A stretch of 64,000 nt of DNA from Chloroflexota bacterium (lineage in GTDB: Bacteria > Chloroflexota > UBA5177), in assembly GCA_036752825.1 (NCBI GenBank), contig DAIORV010000004.1:2580-66579 (forward strand). The letters are read 5' to 3'. This document shows positions 17,370-27,003 of this stretch, piece after piece. The notes under the pieces were generated by a model. The model was not told the DNA's origin, did not search any database, and saw only the letters and a list, made by a program, of their open reading frames with translations. Numbering within the stretch: the stretch's first letter is position 1; each line of letters starts with the position of its first letter. Made by a program: the position numbers and the translations under genes.

Positions 17370-19067
17370 CTAGCGCCGGCCGAACTCTCGCTCCAATTGC
17401 GTGTGGCTGAGATGGATCATCGTTGGGCGCCCGTGCGGACAGGTGGCGGGTCTCGCCGTACTCTCCAGTTGCGTCACCAGCTCGCGCATCTCCTCTACGT
17501 CGAGACTCGCTCCGGCCTTCACGGCTGCCTTGCAAGCCAGCGCGGCAAGAGCCCGTTCCCGAGCTGCTCCCGGTTCGGAAAGGTTTTCAAGCTCTGTGAG
17601 GACCTCCGACACGAGGTCTCCGACCTTTGTCCTCGCAGCCGCGGTGGGCACGGACCGAACCAGGCAGGCATCGGATCCGAATGGTTCCAGATCGAACCCA
17701 GCTCGCTTGAGCAGACCAGCATTCACCTCCAGCGCCTCAATCTGTCCCGGGTTCAGCTCCACCGGAGCGGGCTCCAGCAGCGATTGCGAGCTGACGTCAC
17801 CGACCTCCAACTCGGCATCAAAACGATCGAAGAGGACGCGCTCGTGTGCTGCATGCTGGTCGATCATGTAGAGCCCGCTGGGGCCCTCCGCCACAATGAA
17901 AGTCGCATTGGCTTGACCAAAAATTCGCAGCGCGGGCATCGCGCGGATCTCGGGAATCGCCGCCTGCACTTGGTCCAGTGTCTGTAGAAGGCCGAAGGGT
18001 ATCTGTTCATCCGCACTGCTTGGCTGGTCTCCGTTGGTGGTGACCGGTTCGAGGCGGTTCTCACCAAACCTGTGCTCCGTTAGTGCGGCCTCTACCGCGC
18101 GATGAAGCGCTCCGTGCACCTCTCGCTCGCGTGCGAAGCGGACCTCGCTTTTCGACGGATGAATGTTCGGGTCGACCTCGTTGGGGGGCACGGTGAGGTG
18201 CACCGCGGCAACGGGATATCGCCCACTCATGAGGAACCCGCTGAAGGCCTGGGTCAAGGCGAAGATCAGGCTCCTGTTGGCTACCGAGCGACCGTTGACG
18301 AAAATGTGAATCAAGGACCTGTTCTGACGCGAAAGATTGGGCTTGCCGACTATGCCCTCGACAACAATCCCTTGCTCCTCCCTGAAGACCGGCATCATGC
18401 TCTTGCTGGTCACTGCTCCAAAAACCTCTGGCGCCACATCCTCTAACCTGCCCGATCCAGGGCTCGAAAATGTGCTGACCCCGTCGAGAGCCAAGGTGAA
18501 TTGAACGTCGGGGTGGGCCAGGGCATGCCTCATCACCACGCCGGCAATCTGCCCGCCCTCGGCCCTCAATGAGCGCACGAATGTGCGGCGCGCGGGAACG
18601 TTGGAGAACAGATCTGAGACGGTGATGCGCGTGCCCCTCGGGGCCGCGCACGGGGACGGAGCCGCGGGTTCGCCAAAGGCAATCGAAAAGCGCGTGCCGG
18701 TGGCTTCCTCCTCCGTCCGCGTCTGCACTTCTACACGAGAGATCGCGGCGATCGACGGCAGGGCTTCGCCTCTGAATCCGAGAGAGGAGAGGCGTTGGAG
18801 ATCGTCCAGATCTCGGATCTTGCTAGTAGCATGCGACCGGAAGGCCAGCGCGAGCTCATCGCGCGGCATGCCGGCGCCGTCGTCGACCACACGAATGGTC
18901 TTGAGCCCGGCGTCCTCGACTTCCACGGCTATGCGCTTCGCCCCCGCATCCAGCGCGTTGTCGAGCAGCTCGCGCACTGCTGAAGCAGGTCTCTCGACCA
19001 CTTCGCCGGCAGCGATCTTGAGTGCGAGATCGGGCGACATCACTTGAATGGGCATGCGAACGGTCAT
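17370..19067 (-). CDS. mutL: DNA mismatch repair protein MutL
   Basis: LALKIAAGEVVERPASAVRELLDNALDAGAKRIAVEVEDAG...VVDDGAGM (GHKL ATPase), C-terminal dimerisation domain. Confidence 0.9.
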   Translation of the reverse strand: MTVRMPIQVMSPDLALKIAAGEVVERPASAVRELLDNALDAGAKRIAVEVEDAGLKTIRVVDDGAGMPRDELALAFRSHATSKIRDLDDLQRLSSLGFRGEALPSIAAISRVEVQTRTEEEATGTRFSIAFGEPAAPSPCAAPRGTRITVSDLFSNVPARRTFVRSLRAEGGQIAGVVMRHALAHPDVQFTLALDGVSTFSSPGSGRLEDVAPEVFGAVTSKSMMPVFREEQGIVVEGIVGKPNLSRQNRSLIHIFVNGRSVANRSLIFALTQAFSGFLMSGRYPVAAVHLTVPPNEVDPNIHPSKSEVRFAREREVHGALHRAVEAALTEHRFGENRLEPVTTNGDQPSSADEQIPFGLLQTLDQVQAAIPEIRAMPALRIFGQANATFIVAEGPSGLYMIDQHAAHERVLFDRFDAELEVGDVSSQSLLEPAPVELNPGQIEALEVNAGLLKRAGFDLEPFGSDACLVRSVPTAAARTKVGDLVSEVLTELENLSEPGAARERALAALACKAAVKAGASLDVEEMRELVTQLESTARPATCPHGRPTMIHLSHTQLEREFGRR

Positions 19068-19909
19068 GTTTTCGGCTCAACCAATTCCGGGTGCCTGGTC
19101 GCTTCAGTCATGTCGACCACTCTTCGCGTGGCTTTTACGTCGTGCGTTCGAACCATTCGAGCACCTTGTAGCACTCCCCAAGCCGCCATGGCCAGAGAAC
19201 CTTCCAGCCGAGAATCGACAGCCTCGCCCAACACGTCGCCGATGAATTTTTTTCGTGATACCGCCAATAAGAGCGGAAACGGCAAGGCGGCCAGGCGATG
19301 GAGGTTGCTTAGAAGCTCCACGTCCTGCCTGGTCGTCTTGCCGAACCCAGGACCAGGGTCGATGATGATTCTCCGGCCATCGATTCCGTCGGCCATGCAC
19401 TCCGCAGCTCGCTCTCGAAGAAAAGCTTCAACCTCCCCGACTACATCCTCATAACGCGGACGTGGATTCGCCACACGGGGCCGTCCCTTGATGTGCATGA
19501 TGACGATGGCTGCCCCTGTGTCGGCCGCGACTCGCCGCATCTCGACATCCTCGAAACCCCCGATGCTATTGACTATTTCCGCACCGCACTCAACTGCTTG
19601 CCTGGCCACTTCCGGCTTGAAAGTGTCGACAGATAGAGGAAGTCCTATCGAATTTGCCACTGCCTCGATAACCGGAATCACTCTGCTCAGCTCTTCCTCG
19701 ACTGAAACACGAGGTCCTGGGCCAGCTTTCTCTCCGCCTATGTCTATTATGTCGGCGCCCTCGAACGCCATCTCTACCGCGCGGCGCTGCGCTTTGTCCA
19801 AACCGGCGAATTTGCCCTGGTCGTAAAAGGAATCGGGCGTCGTATTCAGGATGCCCATTACTGCGACGCGCTCAAGGGAGAGAGTTCTGTCGGGAAGGTC
19901 AATCTCCAA
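19064..19909 (-). CDS. folP: Dihydropteroate synthase
   Basis: MGILNTTPDSFYDQG...IIDIGGE...pterin-binding barrel motifs. Confidence 0.9.
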   Translation of the reverse strand: MEIDLPDRTLSLERVAVMGILNTTPDSFYDQGKFAGLDKAQRRAVEMAFEGADIIDIGGEKAGPGPRVSVEEELSRVIPVIEAVANSIGLPLSVDTFKPEVARQAVECGAEIVNSIGGFEDVEMRRVAADTGAAIVIMHIKGRPRVANPRPRYEDVVGEVEAFLRERAAECMADGIDGRRIIIDPGPGFGKTTRQDVELLSNLHRLAALPFPLLLAVSRKKFIGDVLGEAVDSRLEGSLAMAAWGVLQGARMVRTHDVKATRRVVDMTEATRHPELVEPKT

Positions 19910-20615
19910 ACGCGTCTATCTCTCGGTCGATTCGCTCCAGGTCCAGGTAATCCTCGCGCAAGAGCTTGTAACACCGTTCCAGATAGAGTTCGGCGAGCCG
20001 TTGTCCTTCCTCACCGGGGCGTTGAGCGGCCCTCGTCAGCTGCAATACCCTGTACTTTGCCGGGAGGGTATCGGCGAGCAGACGCATCTGGTCCGTCACC
20101 TCGGTATCACCGCGTCCGGTCCTGACGGAGTCTCTGAGCCGCCCTACCAGTGACGTCAGCTCGCGGATTTTATCCGCCTCGCTCAGGCCGTCGTAGCGAG
20201 AGGTTTCCGGGACCGGAACCGGTGCCTGCGGGTCGGGCACCGTTGACTGTTGGTAGAGGTCTCCGTATTGCGTGGCAACTTCGGCAATCTCCGGCATCAA
20301 AAGCGCAGCGGACGAGACCACGATATTTCCTGCAAAGATCAGGTCGTCGTGGCGTCGCTCCGCCAGAGCCATTAGATACTCGACGCTGGGCACGATCTGG
20401 GGAAGGGGAGGCATGGGGGTCGCCATCATTGTGTTGCCGAGATCAAGCCCTTGGAGCAACGGAGCGAGCGCGGGCGGGGTGAAATCGGTGGGGTCGAAAG
20501 TAATCGGCGGCACGATGAGATACGAGCCGTACACCTCGCTCTCTCCGGATCGGAAGTACACAAGCGCATGACCTGCCGGAGCGTCTGCGCTGCCGCGTTC
20601 AAAAATCAGATTCAT
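19899..20615 (-). CDS. Hypothetical protein (238 aa), translationally coupled to folP
   Basis: ORF overlaps the folP start by 11 nt. No recognisable motifs. Pro-rich centre, helical C-terminus. Confidence 0.5.
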   Translation of the reverse strand: MNLIFERGSADAPAGHALVYFRSGESEVYGSYLIVPPITFDPTDFTPPALAPLLQGLDLGNTMMATPMPPLPQIVPSVEYLMALAERRHDDLIFAGNIVVSSAALLMPEIAEVATQYGDLYQQSTVPDPQAPVPVPETSRYDGLSEADKIRELTSLVGRLRDSVRTGRGDTEVTDQMRLLADTLPAKYRVLQLTRAAQRPGEEGQRLAELYLERCYKLLREDYLDLERIDREIDAFGD

Positions 20616-20635
20616 GCAAGGTCCAGAAGGCGAAA

Positions 20636-20710
20636 GTGGAGCGGGTGATGGGATTCGAACCCACGGCTTTCTGCTTGGGAAGCAGACACTCTACCACTGA
20701 GTTACACCCG
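20636..20710 (-). tRNA. tRNA-Gly (anticodon CCC)
   Basis: Reverse complement GCGGGTG...CACCCGC-U-CCA; anticodon loop TTCCCAA; U73 discriminator. Confidence 0.9.
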
Positions 20711-20788
20711 CTCGCGGACCATCACAGTCTACCGCGCTAGGGTGCCTGCGACAACAAAAATCGCCGGCCTTTAGGACCCCGTGCAGGC

Positions 20789-21385
20789 TCAGTGCGAGGC
20801 GATTCCGGCCAGCGTGAGGAACTCGCTTCGACTGCGCAAATCATCCCTGAAACAGCCCCGCGTGACGCTCGTGACGATGCTGCTGCCAGGTTTCTTCACG
20901 CCGCGCATGAGCATGCACAGATGCTGCGCTTCGATGACGACACCGGCACCCAGCGGGTTCAAGCCTTCGACCAATGCGTCTGCGATCTGCGTTGTCATTC
21001 GCTCCTGAACCTGGGGGCGCCGCGCGAAGACATCTGTAACCCGTGCCAGCTTGCTGATGCCCACGATGCGTCCCCTCGGGACGTAGCCGATGTGGGCTAC
21101 ACCGTAGAACGGCAAGAAGTGGTGCTCGCACATGCTGTAGAACGGAATGTCCCGGGCCACCACCATCTCGTCATACCCTTCCTCAAAACCGGTTTTGAGG
21201 ATTTCCAGTGGGTCTTGCTGAAGACCCGAGAACACCTCGGCGTAGAGACGCGAAACCCGGTCGGGTGTGCCGAGCAGGCCCTCTCGTAACGGATCCTCGC
21301 CCAGAGCCTCGATGATGTTTCGGAAGGCATTCGAGATCCGATCGCGATCGACGTCCTCATCGTTTAAGGTTTCTATGAGTGCCAT
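20789..21385 (-). CDS. folE: GTP cyclohydrolase I
   Basis: PFYSMCEHHFLPFYGVAHIGYVP...HLCMLMRGVKK. Confidence 0.95.
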   Translation of the reverse strand: MALIETLNDEDVDRDRISNAFRNIIEALGEDPLREGLLGTPDRVSRLYAEVFSGLQQDPLEILKTGFEEGYDEMVVARDIPFYSMCEHHFLPFYGVAHIGYVPRGRIVGISKLARVTDVFARRPQVQERMTTQIADALVEGLNPLGAGVVIEAQHLCMLMRGVKKPGSSIVTSVTRGCFRDDLRSRSEFLTLAGIASH

Positions 21386-21492
21386 TCAGCCTCCAGCCGA
21401 GCGTAACGACATGGGTTTGTCACGAGACTAACCAGTGTTGGTAGCGCGAACCTGCAATGAGCGGCCACGCTCGCCAGGATGCAGGGGCGGAC

Positions 21493-21603
21493 TCAGCCCC
21501 TGAGAACGCTAATCACTATCAAAACAAGGACGGAGCCAAACAGAATCGCAAATGCTGAAAGGATCGGGGCGCGGTCAGCTACCCATGCTCGCAACGAATC
21601 CAC
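21493..21603 (-). CDS. Possible small hydrophobic peptide (36 aa, VDSLRAWVADRAPILSAFAILFGSVLVLIVISVLRG)
   Basis: RBS AAAGGAGGAG immediately upstream of a GTG start. Single predicted TM helix. Too short for the ORF track. Confidence 0.3.
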   Translation of the reverse strand: MDSLRAWVADRAPILSAFAILFGSVLVLIVISVLRG

Positions 21604-21618
21604 CTCTCCTCCTTTTGA

Positions 21619-21648
21619 TTGACCGTATTCTTGGGACCTACGTATACT
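21619..21648 (+). promoter_or_regulatory. sigma70-like promoter TTGACC-18-TATACT for tRNA-Val
   Basis: Near-consensus hexamers ending about 17 nt before the tRNA 5' end. Confidence 0.6.
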
Positions 21649-21664
21649 GGACGGTGCGCAACAC

Positions 21665-21741
21665 GGGCGATTAGCTCAGGCGGCTAGAGCGCTGCGTTGA
21701 CATCGCAGAGGTCACTGGTTCAAGTCCAGTATCGCCCACCA
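21665..21741 (+). tRNA. tRNA-Val (anticodon GAC)
   Basis: GGGCGAT...ATCGCCC-A-CCA; anticodon loop TTGACAT. Confidence 0.9.
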
Positions 21742-21754
21742 GAGGGCACTTCCG

Positions 21755-21788
21755 GCGGTTGGGTCACGGGGCCCGACCGCTTTTTCAT
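21755..21788 (+). terminator. Intrinsic terminator: 11-bp stem GCGGTTGGGTC/GGCCCGACCGC, loop ACGG, then TTTTTCAT
   Basis: Directly downstream of tRNA-Val. Confidence 0.65.
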
Positions 21789-21838
21789 ACAGACCTAGAA
21801 CCAGCTCATTAGTTAAGCATTTAGCTTTAGAGGCATTC

Positions 21839-22885
21839 ATGCAAGACCTTCAAGAAACCACAACGGTGGACGTGGAAGAAACCGGGACCAACGGTGACAC
21901 CGTTTGGGACGTGATCATAATCGGTGGTGGTCCCGCGGGACTGGCGGCTGCCCTCTATGCGGCTCGAGCCATGCGCAGCACAATCGTGTTGGAGCGCGAG
22001 ATGCCGGGTGGCCAGATCGCCACCACATCGGAAGTCGAGGACTACCCGGGAGTGAAGATGACGACGGGCCCTGAGCTCTCCATGATGATGATGGAGCATG
22101 CCCAGAACTTCGGCGCAGTTGTCAATATCGGGGACGAAGTCACGGATGTGGACTTCGCCGGAGTCGTAAAAAAGGTCAAGCTGTCGGACGGAAAGACCAT
22201 GCGCGGCAAGTCGATAATCATCGCTACCGGCGCCGCGCCCAGGACCCTCGGGGTGCCGGGGGAGAACGAGCTCCGCGGCTCAGGAGTTTCCTACTGTGCC
22301 GTGTGCGATGGCCCGTTCTTCCGCGACGGCCACGTTGCGGTCGTTGGCGGCGGTGACGCGGCGTTCGACGAGGGCCTCTACCTCACGAAGTACGCTTCAA
22401 AGGTATCGATTATCCACCGCAGAGACGAATTCCGAGCTCAGAAAGTGCTCGTCGACCGAGCACAAAAGAATCCCAAAATGGATTTCATCACGAGTACGGT
22501 GGTGGAGAAAGTGAACGGAGACGGGAAGATCGAGGGCGTGACTCTTCGCAATCTCAAGACCGGAGAGACATCGGAGTTACCTCTTCAGGGCCTCTTCGTC
22601 TACGTCGGCAATATTCCGAACACCGCGATGTTCAAAGATGCGGTGAAGGCGGACGAGAATGGATACATCCTCGTTGACGACACCATGGCCACGCATACTC
22701 CGGGAGTCTATGTGGCCGGCGATGTCCGAAAGAGTCCGCTCAAACAAGTCGTGACCGCTGCTGCGGAGGGCTCCATCGCCGCGCTTACTGCCGACAAGTA
22801 CCTCGACCATCTGGCAGAGCAAGAAGCCCCGGCCCAGGCGGAGACGAAAGCAGAAGATCCCGCCGGGTGGAGAACCGAGTACTAG
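21839..22885 (+). CDS. trxB: Thioredoxin-disulfide reductase
   Basis: FAD motif IIGGGPAG, redox-active CAVCDG, NADPH motif VVGGGDAA. Confidence 0.9.
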   Translation: MQDLQETTTVDVEETGTNGDTVWDVIIIGGGPAGLAAALYAARAMRSTIVLEREMPGGQIATTSEVEDYPGVKMTTGPELSMMMMEHAQNFGAVVNIGDEVTDVDFAGVVKKVKLSDGKTMRGKSIIIATGAAPRTLGVPGENELRGSGVSYCAVCDGPFFRDGHVAVVGGGDAAFDEGLYLTKYASKVSIIHRRDEFRAQKVLVDRAQKNPKMDFITSTVVEKVNGDGKIEGVTLRNLKTGETSELPLQGLFVYVGNIPNTAMFKDAVKADENGYILVDDTMATHTPGVYVAGDVRKSPLKQVVTAAAEGSIAALTADKYLDHLAEQEAPAQAETKAEDPAGWRTEY

Positions 22886-22894
22886 GGAGGATTC

Positions 22895-24208
22895 ATGGCG
22901 CTCACACGGACGAAAGACCGTGTCCTCGCGGCGGACCTGCCGGCGCACAAGAACGAGCGCGTTCTGGTCGAAGGCTGGGTTCATGCGATACGGAAGTTTG
23001 GCGCCGTCAACTTCTTGATCCTTCGCGACCGATCCGGCATGGCGCAGGTCATTCTCGAGCCCGACCAGATGCAAAGGCTCGAGGGAATGCAAGCCGAGAC
23101 GGTCGTCCGGGTCACTGGAACCGTGGATGAGGAAGAGCGGGCCGCCCATGGCGTCGAGGTTCGGAACGCGGACGTTGAGGTGCTGACTCCCGTGACCGAT
23201 GTTCTTCCCTTCGAAATCAATAAGCGGGTCCTCAAGCCGTCGCTCGATGTCTTTCTCAACCATGCTCCCGTGGGACTCCGATACCCATCGAAGCAGGCGA
23301 CATTTCGGCTGTATTCGGACCTGCTCAGGGGCTTTGGAGAGTATCTACGTGCTCGAGACTTTACGGAGATCCACACGCCAAAAATCTTCGGGTCCGCCAC
23401 CGAAAGCGGCGCCAATGTCTTTGTTCTGGACTACTTCGGGAAGACGGGGTATTTGACCCAGAGCCCGCAGCTGTATAAGCAGATCATGGTCGGCGTGTTC
23501 GAGCGCGTCTACGAAATTGGACCTGCTTTTCGCGCTGAGGAGCATTACACCGCCCGCCACCTGAACGAATTCAACAGTCTGGACGCGGAGATGGGGTTCA
23601 TAGATGGAGTCGATCAGGTTCTCGATCTGCTCATCGGCGTGCTGGAGCATATGGTTACGGCGATGGCGGAGCGGCGTCCGGCAGACCTTGAGGCTCTCAA
23701 GGTGCGTCTGCCGGTCTTCGGTGACGTGCCTCGGATCTCCTTCCGTGAAGCTCAGCAGATCATTCTCGATGAGCACGGCGAGAGTCGTTTCCACGAACCC
23801 GACTTTTCACCGCAAGACGAACGCTGGGTGAGCCAGTGGGCGTTGAGGGAGCACGGCACGGACTTCTGTTTCGTCACCCACTTTCCGACCGTAAAGCGTG
23901 CCTTCTATACGATGCCGGATCCCGAAGATCCTGAGCACTCCTTCGGTTTTGATCTGCTGTTCCGGGGCCAGGAGCTGGTAAGCGGGGCACAAAGAATTCA
24001 CAATCATGCCCAGTTGGTCGAGACGATGCAAAACCGCGGAATGTCTCTCGAACCATTTGAAGGCTACCTTGAAGCCTTCAAGTTCGGACTTCCTCCTCAT
24101 GGGGGCTTTGCCATCGGCTCTGAGCGTCTCCTCATGCGGTTGCTGGAGGCCGATAATATCCGTGAGACCACGCTGTTTCCTCGCGACGTGAACAGGCTCA
24201 TTCCCTAG
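22895..24208 (+). CDS. aspS: Aspartate--tRNA ligase, archaeal/eukaryotic type (type 2, ~437 aa; probably non-discriminating)
   Basis: N-terminal OB fold, HTPKIFGSATESGANVF...LTQSPQLYKQ (QSPQL rather than the QSGQL of AsnRS), motif 2 FRAEEH, motif 3 GGFAIGSERL. Confidence 0.8.
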   Translation: MALTRTKDRVLAADLPAHKNERVLVEGWVHAIRKFGAVNFLILRDRSGMAQVILEPDQMQRLEGMQAETVVRVTGTVDEEERAAHGVEVRNADVEVLTPVTDVLPFEINKRVLKPSLDVFLNHAPVGLRYPSKQATFRLYSDLLRGFGEYLRARDFTEIHTPKIFGSATESGANVFVLDYFGKTGYLTQSPQLYKQIMVGVFERVYEIGPAFRAEEHYTARHLNEFNSLDAEMGFIDGVDQVLDLLIGVLEHMVTAMAERRPADLEALKVRLPVFGDVPRISFREAQQIILDEHGESRFHEPDFSPQDERWVSQWALREHGTDFCFVTHFPTVKRAFYTMPDPEDPEHSFGFDLLFRGQELVSGAQRIHNHAQLVETMQNRGMSLEPFEGYLEAFKFGLPPHGGFAIGSERLLMRLLEADNIRETTLFPRDVNRLIP

Positions 24209-24212
24209 ACCG

Positions 24213-25538
24213 ATGAGCACTCAGACCTCGCCTCGCATCGCTTTTACAACCCTAGGTTGCAAGGTGAACCAGAGCGAGACCGACCTGCTCGCGCGGCAGT
24301 TCGCGGCAGCCGGGTATGATTGTGTGTCCTTCGAAGAGAACGCCGACGTGTACGTCGTCAACACGTGCACGGTGACACATGTCGCCGACAAGAAGTCGAG
24401 ACAGATGCTCAGCCAGGCAAGAAGGGCGAACCCGGAGGCTCTCGTCGTGGCGACAGGGTGCTACGCGAGCATCGTGGGCCATCAGCTGGCGGGCGATCGC
24501 ACGCTGGTGATTCGCAACCGCGACAAAGACCACGTCGTGGAGCTTGTCGGAGGATCACTCGGACGAGCGATCGCTGACACCCCGACCTGGACCGATCTCG
24601 AAAAGTGTCTGACCATCTCCGGCGGACAGGAACGGGCTCGGCCGATGGTGAAGGCGCAGGACGGCTGCGACTCCCACTGCACCTACTGCATCATTCCACG
24701 AGCCCGGGGACGCTCCCGAAGCGTGCCTGTGGACGATGTGGTGCTGCGGGTGCAGGCGCTTGTTGACGAAGGCCACTCCGAAGTAGTCATCACGGGGGTG
24801 GATCTCGGCAGCTACGGCCAAGGGAATTCCGGACTTCCAGATCTGGGTGGTCTGCTTCAGGAGGTGCTCGATCGCACGTCCGTGCAACGGCTGCGGGTGA
24901 GCTCAGTCGAGCCGGGTGACTTCGACGCTGCCTGGCTTTCTCTCTGGCAGAATCCGCGACTGTGCCGCCATCTGCATATACCTCTGCAATCCGGGAGTCT
25001 GACCGTCCTCGAGAGGATGGAACGAAGCTACACGCCCGAACAATTCGCCGGAATGGTGGCTCAGTGCCGCTCCTCAATTCCCGGCTTGACCGTCACAACG
25101 GATGTCATCACCGGCTTTCCGGGCGAGACGAACCAGGAATTTGGGGACGGCCTGCAATTTATTCACGCGCTGCACTTCGACGGTATGCACGTCTTCAAGT
25201 ACTCCCGCCGCTCCGGTACTCGGGCGGCTCATCTTCCCGATCAGGTCCCCGAGCCGGTTAAGGCTGAACGTAGCCGCGTGCTGCGCCAGGAAGCCCTGGC
25301 CGGAGTGAACCGCCTTCTTGCCCGTCACGAGGGAGTCACCGCGACGATCGCCTGGGAAAGTGATGACGGCGGAGCGTGGCGCGGCCTGAGCGACACAAAT
25401 GTGCGTGTATACGGATCGGCGGAGATCACGCGCCAATCAGGCCTCGGGCTCTGCAAAAGGGTGCTGACCAGTCCTTTTCGAGATGGTCTGTGGTCAGAGC
25501 CTCAGGGCGCCGATATTATGTTGGTACCGGTCTCGTAG
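24213..25538 (+). CDS. Radical-SAM methylthiotransferase, MtaB/MiaB family
   Basis: UPF0004 N-domain (TLGCKVNQSETD...VVNTCTVTHVADKKSRQ) and radical SAM CDSHCTYCIIP. Confidence 0.85.
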   Translation: MSTQTSPRIAFTTLGCKVNQSETDLLARQFAAAGYDCVSFEENADVYVVNTCTVTHVADKKSRQMLSQARRANPEALVVATGCYASIVGHQLAGDRTLVIRNRDKDHVVELVGGSLGRAIADTPTWTDLEKCLTISGGQERARPMVKAQDGCDSHCTYCIIPRARGRSRSVPVDDVVLRVQALVDEGHSEVVITGVDLGSYGQGNSGLPDLGGLLQEVLDRTSVQRLRVSSVEPGDFDAAWLSLWQNPRLCRHLHIPLQSGSLTVLERMERSYTPEQFAGMVAQCRSSIPGLTVTTDVITGFPGETNQEFGDGLQFIHALHFDGMHVFKYSRRSGTRAAHLPDQVPEPVKAERSRVLRQEALAGVNRLLARHEGVTATIAWESDDGGAWRGLSDTNVRVYGSAEITRQSGLGLCKRVLTSPFRDGLWSEPQGADIMLVPVS

Positions 25539-25634
25539 TCGCAAACTAATCGATCGGACGCCACTACTACTGGAACTCATTCTCGTGCGCGCGGTTCATT
25601 CGGGATAGCTCCTTGACCAGCAGAATGAGGTGGG

Positions 25635-26012
25635 TCACGACTCGTCAAATCCCAGTGAGGCTTGAAGGAAGGCGTCGGCGTAGTCGATCTGCGTCTTGAC
25701 ATCTACCAGGCGATCTCGCATTTCATCGACGGTCGATCCCAGGGCAACCCGTTCGCAGTTCTCGACCGCTAGACTCATCGAACGCGCAGCGGCACGCATA
25801 AGATTCGCATCGACCTGCCGATCCGCGGGCTCCGGGTCGGAGTCGACACTGCGCAAAGCGGTCTCGATCTGTCGTAAGACTGCCGCAGAGCTCTCATGCA
25901 CTGCTCCCGAATGACCGATCGCGTCCCTCGTGTTGTTGGCCAGTAGAGCGGCTCGAAGGTGCTTTTGCAGCGCACCCACCGTCAGCTGAATCTCCCGAAG
26001 CCCTCGGTACAT
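25635..26012 (-). CDS. Hypothetical all-alpha protein (125 aa)
   Basis: ORF with GC3 bias. No motif recognised. Confidence 0.4.
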   Translation of the reverse strand: MYRGLREIQLTVGALQKHLRAALLANNTRDAIGHSGAVHESSAAVLRQIETALRSVDSDPEPADRQVDANLMRAAARSMSLAVENCERVALGSTVDEMRDRLVDVKTQIDYADAFLQASLGFDES

Positions 26013-26061
26013 TTCCTTCGCCTCCCGTTCTCGCGTTTTCCGTCCAGTCGCGTTCTAGGGC

Positions 26062-26877
26062 TCAGGCACTTTCCCTTCCGACAATCCCGACAGATTCAAG
26101 TAGCGGAATCTCCGTGGTATCGACGACAAAGCCTGGACCCCCCATGTACATTCCGCCATCCACGTCCAAACACAGCCCCTCCGCGTAGAGAAGTGGTCCC
26201 GTTACCTCACCGGGATTCTGACTCGTCAAATATGGAATCGGTGTGTGGCCATGCACGATGCGGCTGCCGCCAAGTGTCTGTAGTACCTTTTTCGCCGCCG
26301 CGACTCCTCCGTGTCCCTGAATAAATGCCCCTCGATCGAAATACGGCGACATGACCTCTTCCCATGCATGCGGATCCTCGCTGTGCAGCATGGCTCGAAT
26401 GGCTTCGTTCACGTCATCCGCCGTCTTCCCGAAATCCATATAAAAGGTGGCATCGCAGTGCATGAAGAGTATCTCTTCCGCAACCACAAGCGCTCGGAGA
26501 CCCGCGAGCCATTCGGCCTGACCATCGCTCAGCTGGCGCAAATCCGAATCATGTCCACCATTGAATTCCCACAGTTCGTAAAAGCTCGAGCCGAAGGACG
26601 CCTCGAACTCGGGAAACTTGCGGGCACCGAGAAGCATGACCTCGTGATTGCCGAGCAATGCGGCGACCGAACCGCCGACGTCTTCGGCCTGTTCCTGAAG
26701 CCGCATAACCAGTTCCACGACCTCGATGCCATGCGGGCCTCTGTCGCAGAAGTCGCCGGTGAACAGTAGGGTAGCGGAGCCGGCGGACCAATTCCCATCG
26801 GAATCGATGAGGCCGGAGCTCGAGAGCAGCCGCCGCACCTTGGCGAGCTGCCCATGGGCGTCACCGATCACATACAC
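26062..26877 (-). CDS. PPP-family metallophosphoesterase (Ser/Thr phosphatase / ApaH-like)
   Basis: GDAHG, GDFCDRGPHG, GNHE motifs in order. Confidence 0.8.
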   Translation of the reverse strand: MYVIGDAHGQLAKVRRLLSSSGLIDSDGNWSAGSATLLFTGDFCDRGPHGIEVVELVMRLQEQAEDVGGSVAALLGNHEVMLLGARKFPEFEASFGSSFYELWEFNGGHDSDLRQLSDGQAEWLAGLRALVVAEEILFMHCDATFYMDFGKTADDVNEAIRAMLHSEDPHAWEEVMSPYFDRGAFIQGHGGVAAAKKVLQTLGGSRIVHGHTPIPYLTSQNPGEVTGPLLYAEGLCLDVDGGMYMGGPGFVVDTTEIPLLESVGIVGRESA

Positions 26878-27003
26878 GACAGATTCACCCCGGTCATCTG
26901 TGAGCTTTGTAGCGCCGAGACTAAGTGTCCAGCTCTCAGAATTGAGGCGGCCTACTCGCCAGTGTACCGTTCGCCAGACACGCCGAGGTGGCCTTGACCG
27001 CTC

